A DNA stretch of 64,000 nt from Lama glama (Eukaryota). Positions 63,129-64,000 of the stretch are shown in pieces. Numbering within the stretch: position 1 is the stretch's first letter; each line of letters opens with the position of its first letter. Position numbers and translations under genes: made by a program. The stretch covers positions 57,350,001-57,414,000 of the forward strand of contig CM052841.1 of the NCBI GenBank assembly GCA_028534125.1, given 5' to 3'. Below the pieces are notes generated by a model, which did not search any database, had not been told where the DNA came from, and saw only the letters and a list, made by a program, of their open reading frames with translations.

Positions 63129-64000
63129 AAGAGTGCCGACGGCCAGGAGCCCACAGACAGTTGAGGGGGGCTCCCAACGAATAAAAGAAACTGGATATGA
63201 ATTTCCCCAGGGCTTTGCTTCATTAGTGGCAATAAAGCCCCCTGTTTGCAAATATAACAGCTTGAAAGGAAGGAAAGTCAAGACTAGTTAATACCTTACA
63301 GGGCAATTAAACCATGAGCAGTGAGGGTGTCCAAAGTCCACAAGTGAGCATGTAACTTCACACACTGCATACCTACATACGGAGTGAGGGGCAAGTCAAA
63401 TAAAGATGTATTCCTGCAGACGATGGAATAGTCCCAGGGTGGTCCTCTTAGCAATACTCTGATGGGACACTGGGATGACAAGCTGGCCTCCTTTTGCTTT
63501 AATTCAAGTTCGGGTGATTTTTCTGAATATCCCCAACATTGCAAAACAGGAAGCCTCAGTGACTTGGCAGCATGTGAGTGACTGCAGCAGGCCCACTTCA
63601 GAAGACACTCAGACCCCAGGGTTGAGACACACCCGGGAGAGGTGGGGATGGGGGTGAATTGAAGAGCACACACCCTCTCTCAAGGTGCAGCTCCTTCTCA
63701 GCAGCGGGAACCGGATTTACATGGCACCCATTCTCTGCTCAGTGATGCCCACATTTTTATACCCAGCTCCACTGCCCTGAGCCTCATTCACAGGTCCACT
63801 TGGCACCAGGTTTGATATGACTCCAAAACCTGTCCCTCCATTTTTCAACCCTCACAAATGGCTCTGCCATCCTCCCAGTTCTCAAGCCAAGAGTCAAATA
63901 TGACTTCTTGATTCTTGTGCATTAAGAAGTACAGATAACAGGAAAGGAAACTATGAAAAAAAACAAAAACACAACCTATGGAGTGTGAGAAAATATTTGC

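Noticed and set aside
1-64000. CRISPR arrays, tRNA/rRNA genes, prokaryotic or viral systems, intact retroelement ORFs, TTLL11 neighbour exons
   Set aside because: No regularly spaced repeats, RNA gene structures or matching coding sequence were seen

Overview
Mammalian (apparently non-human) genomic DNA covering the 3' part of DAB2IP (AIP1/DIP1/2, a SynGAP-family Ras-GAP) on the + strand. About 32 kb of a large upstream intron contains an internal CpG-island promoter at ~14.0-14.65 kb. It is followed by 13 coding exons from ~32756 to ~57744 (PH, C2, RasGAP, Pro-rich region, coiled coil), an alternative terminal 'SMH*' acceptor at 58745, and a 3'UTR ending at an ATTAAA at 60601. Eight N-runs look like artificial masking (all 132+8k nt). 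Seven cover coding exons; one (24402-24533) is intronic and unexplained. The repeats I recognise are all ancient (MIR, L2, L1M, hAT-Charlie MER102/MER5/MER58); I saw no young lineage-specific SINE. Almost all listed ORFs are chance GC-rich frames. I found no convincing novel biological system. The best leads are splicing and regulatory features of DAB2IP. Exon boundaries inside N-runs are inferred from my recollection of the human DAB2IP protein, and repeat family calls are by eye.
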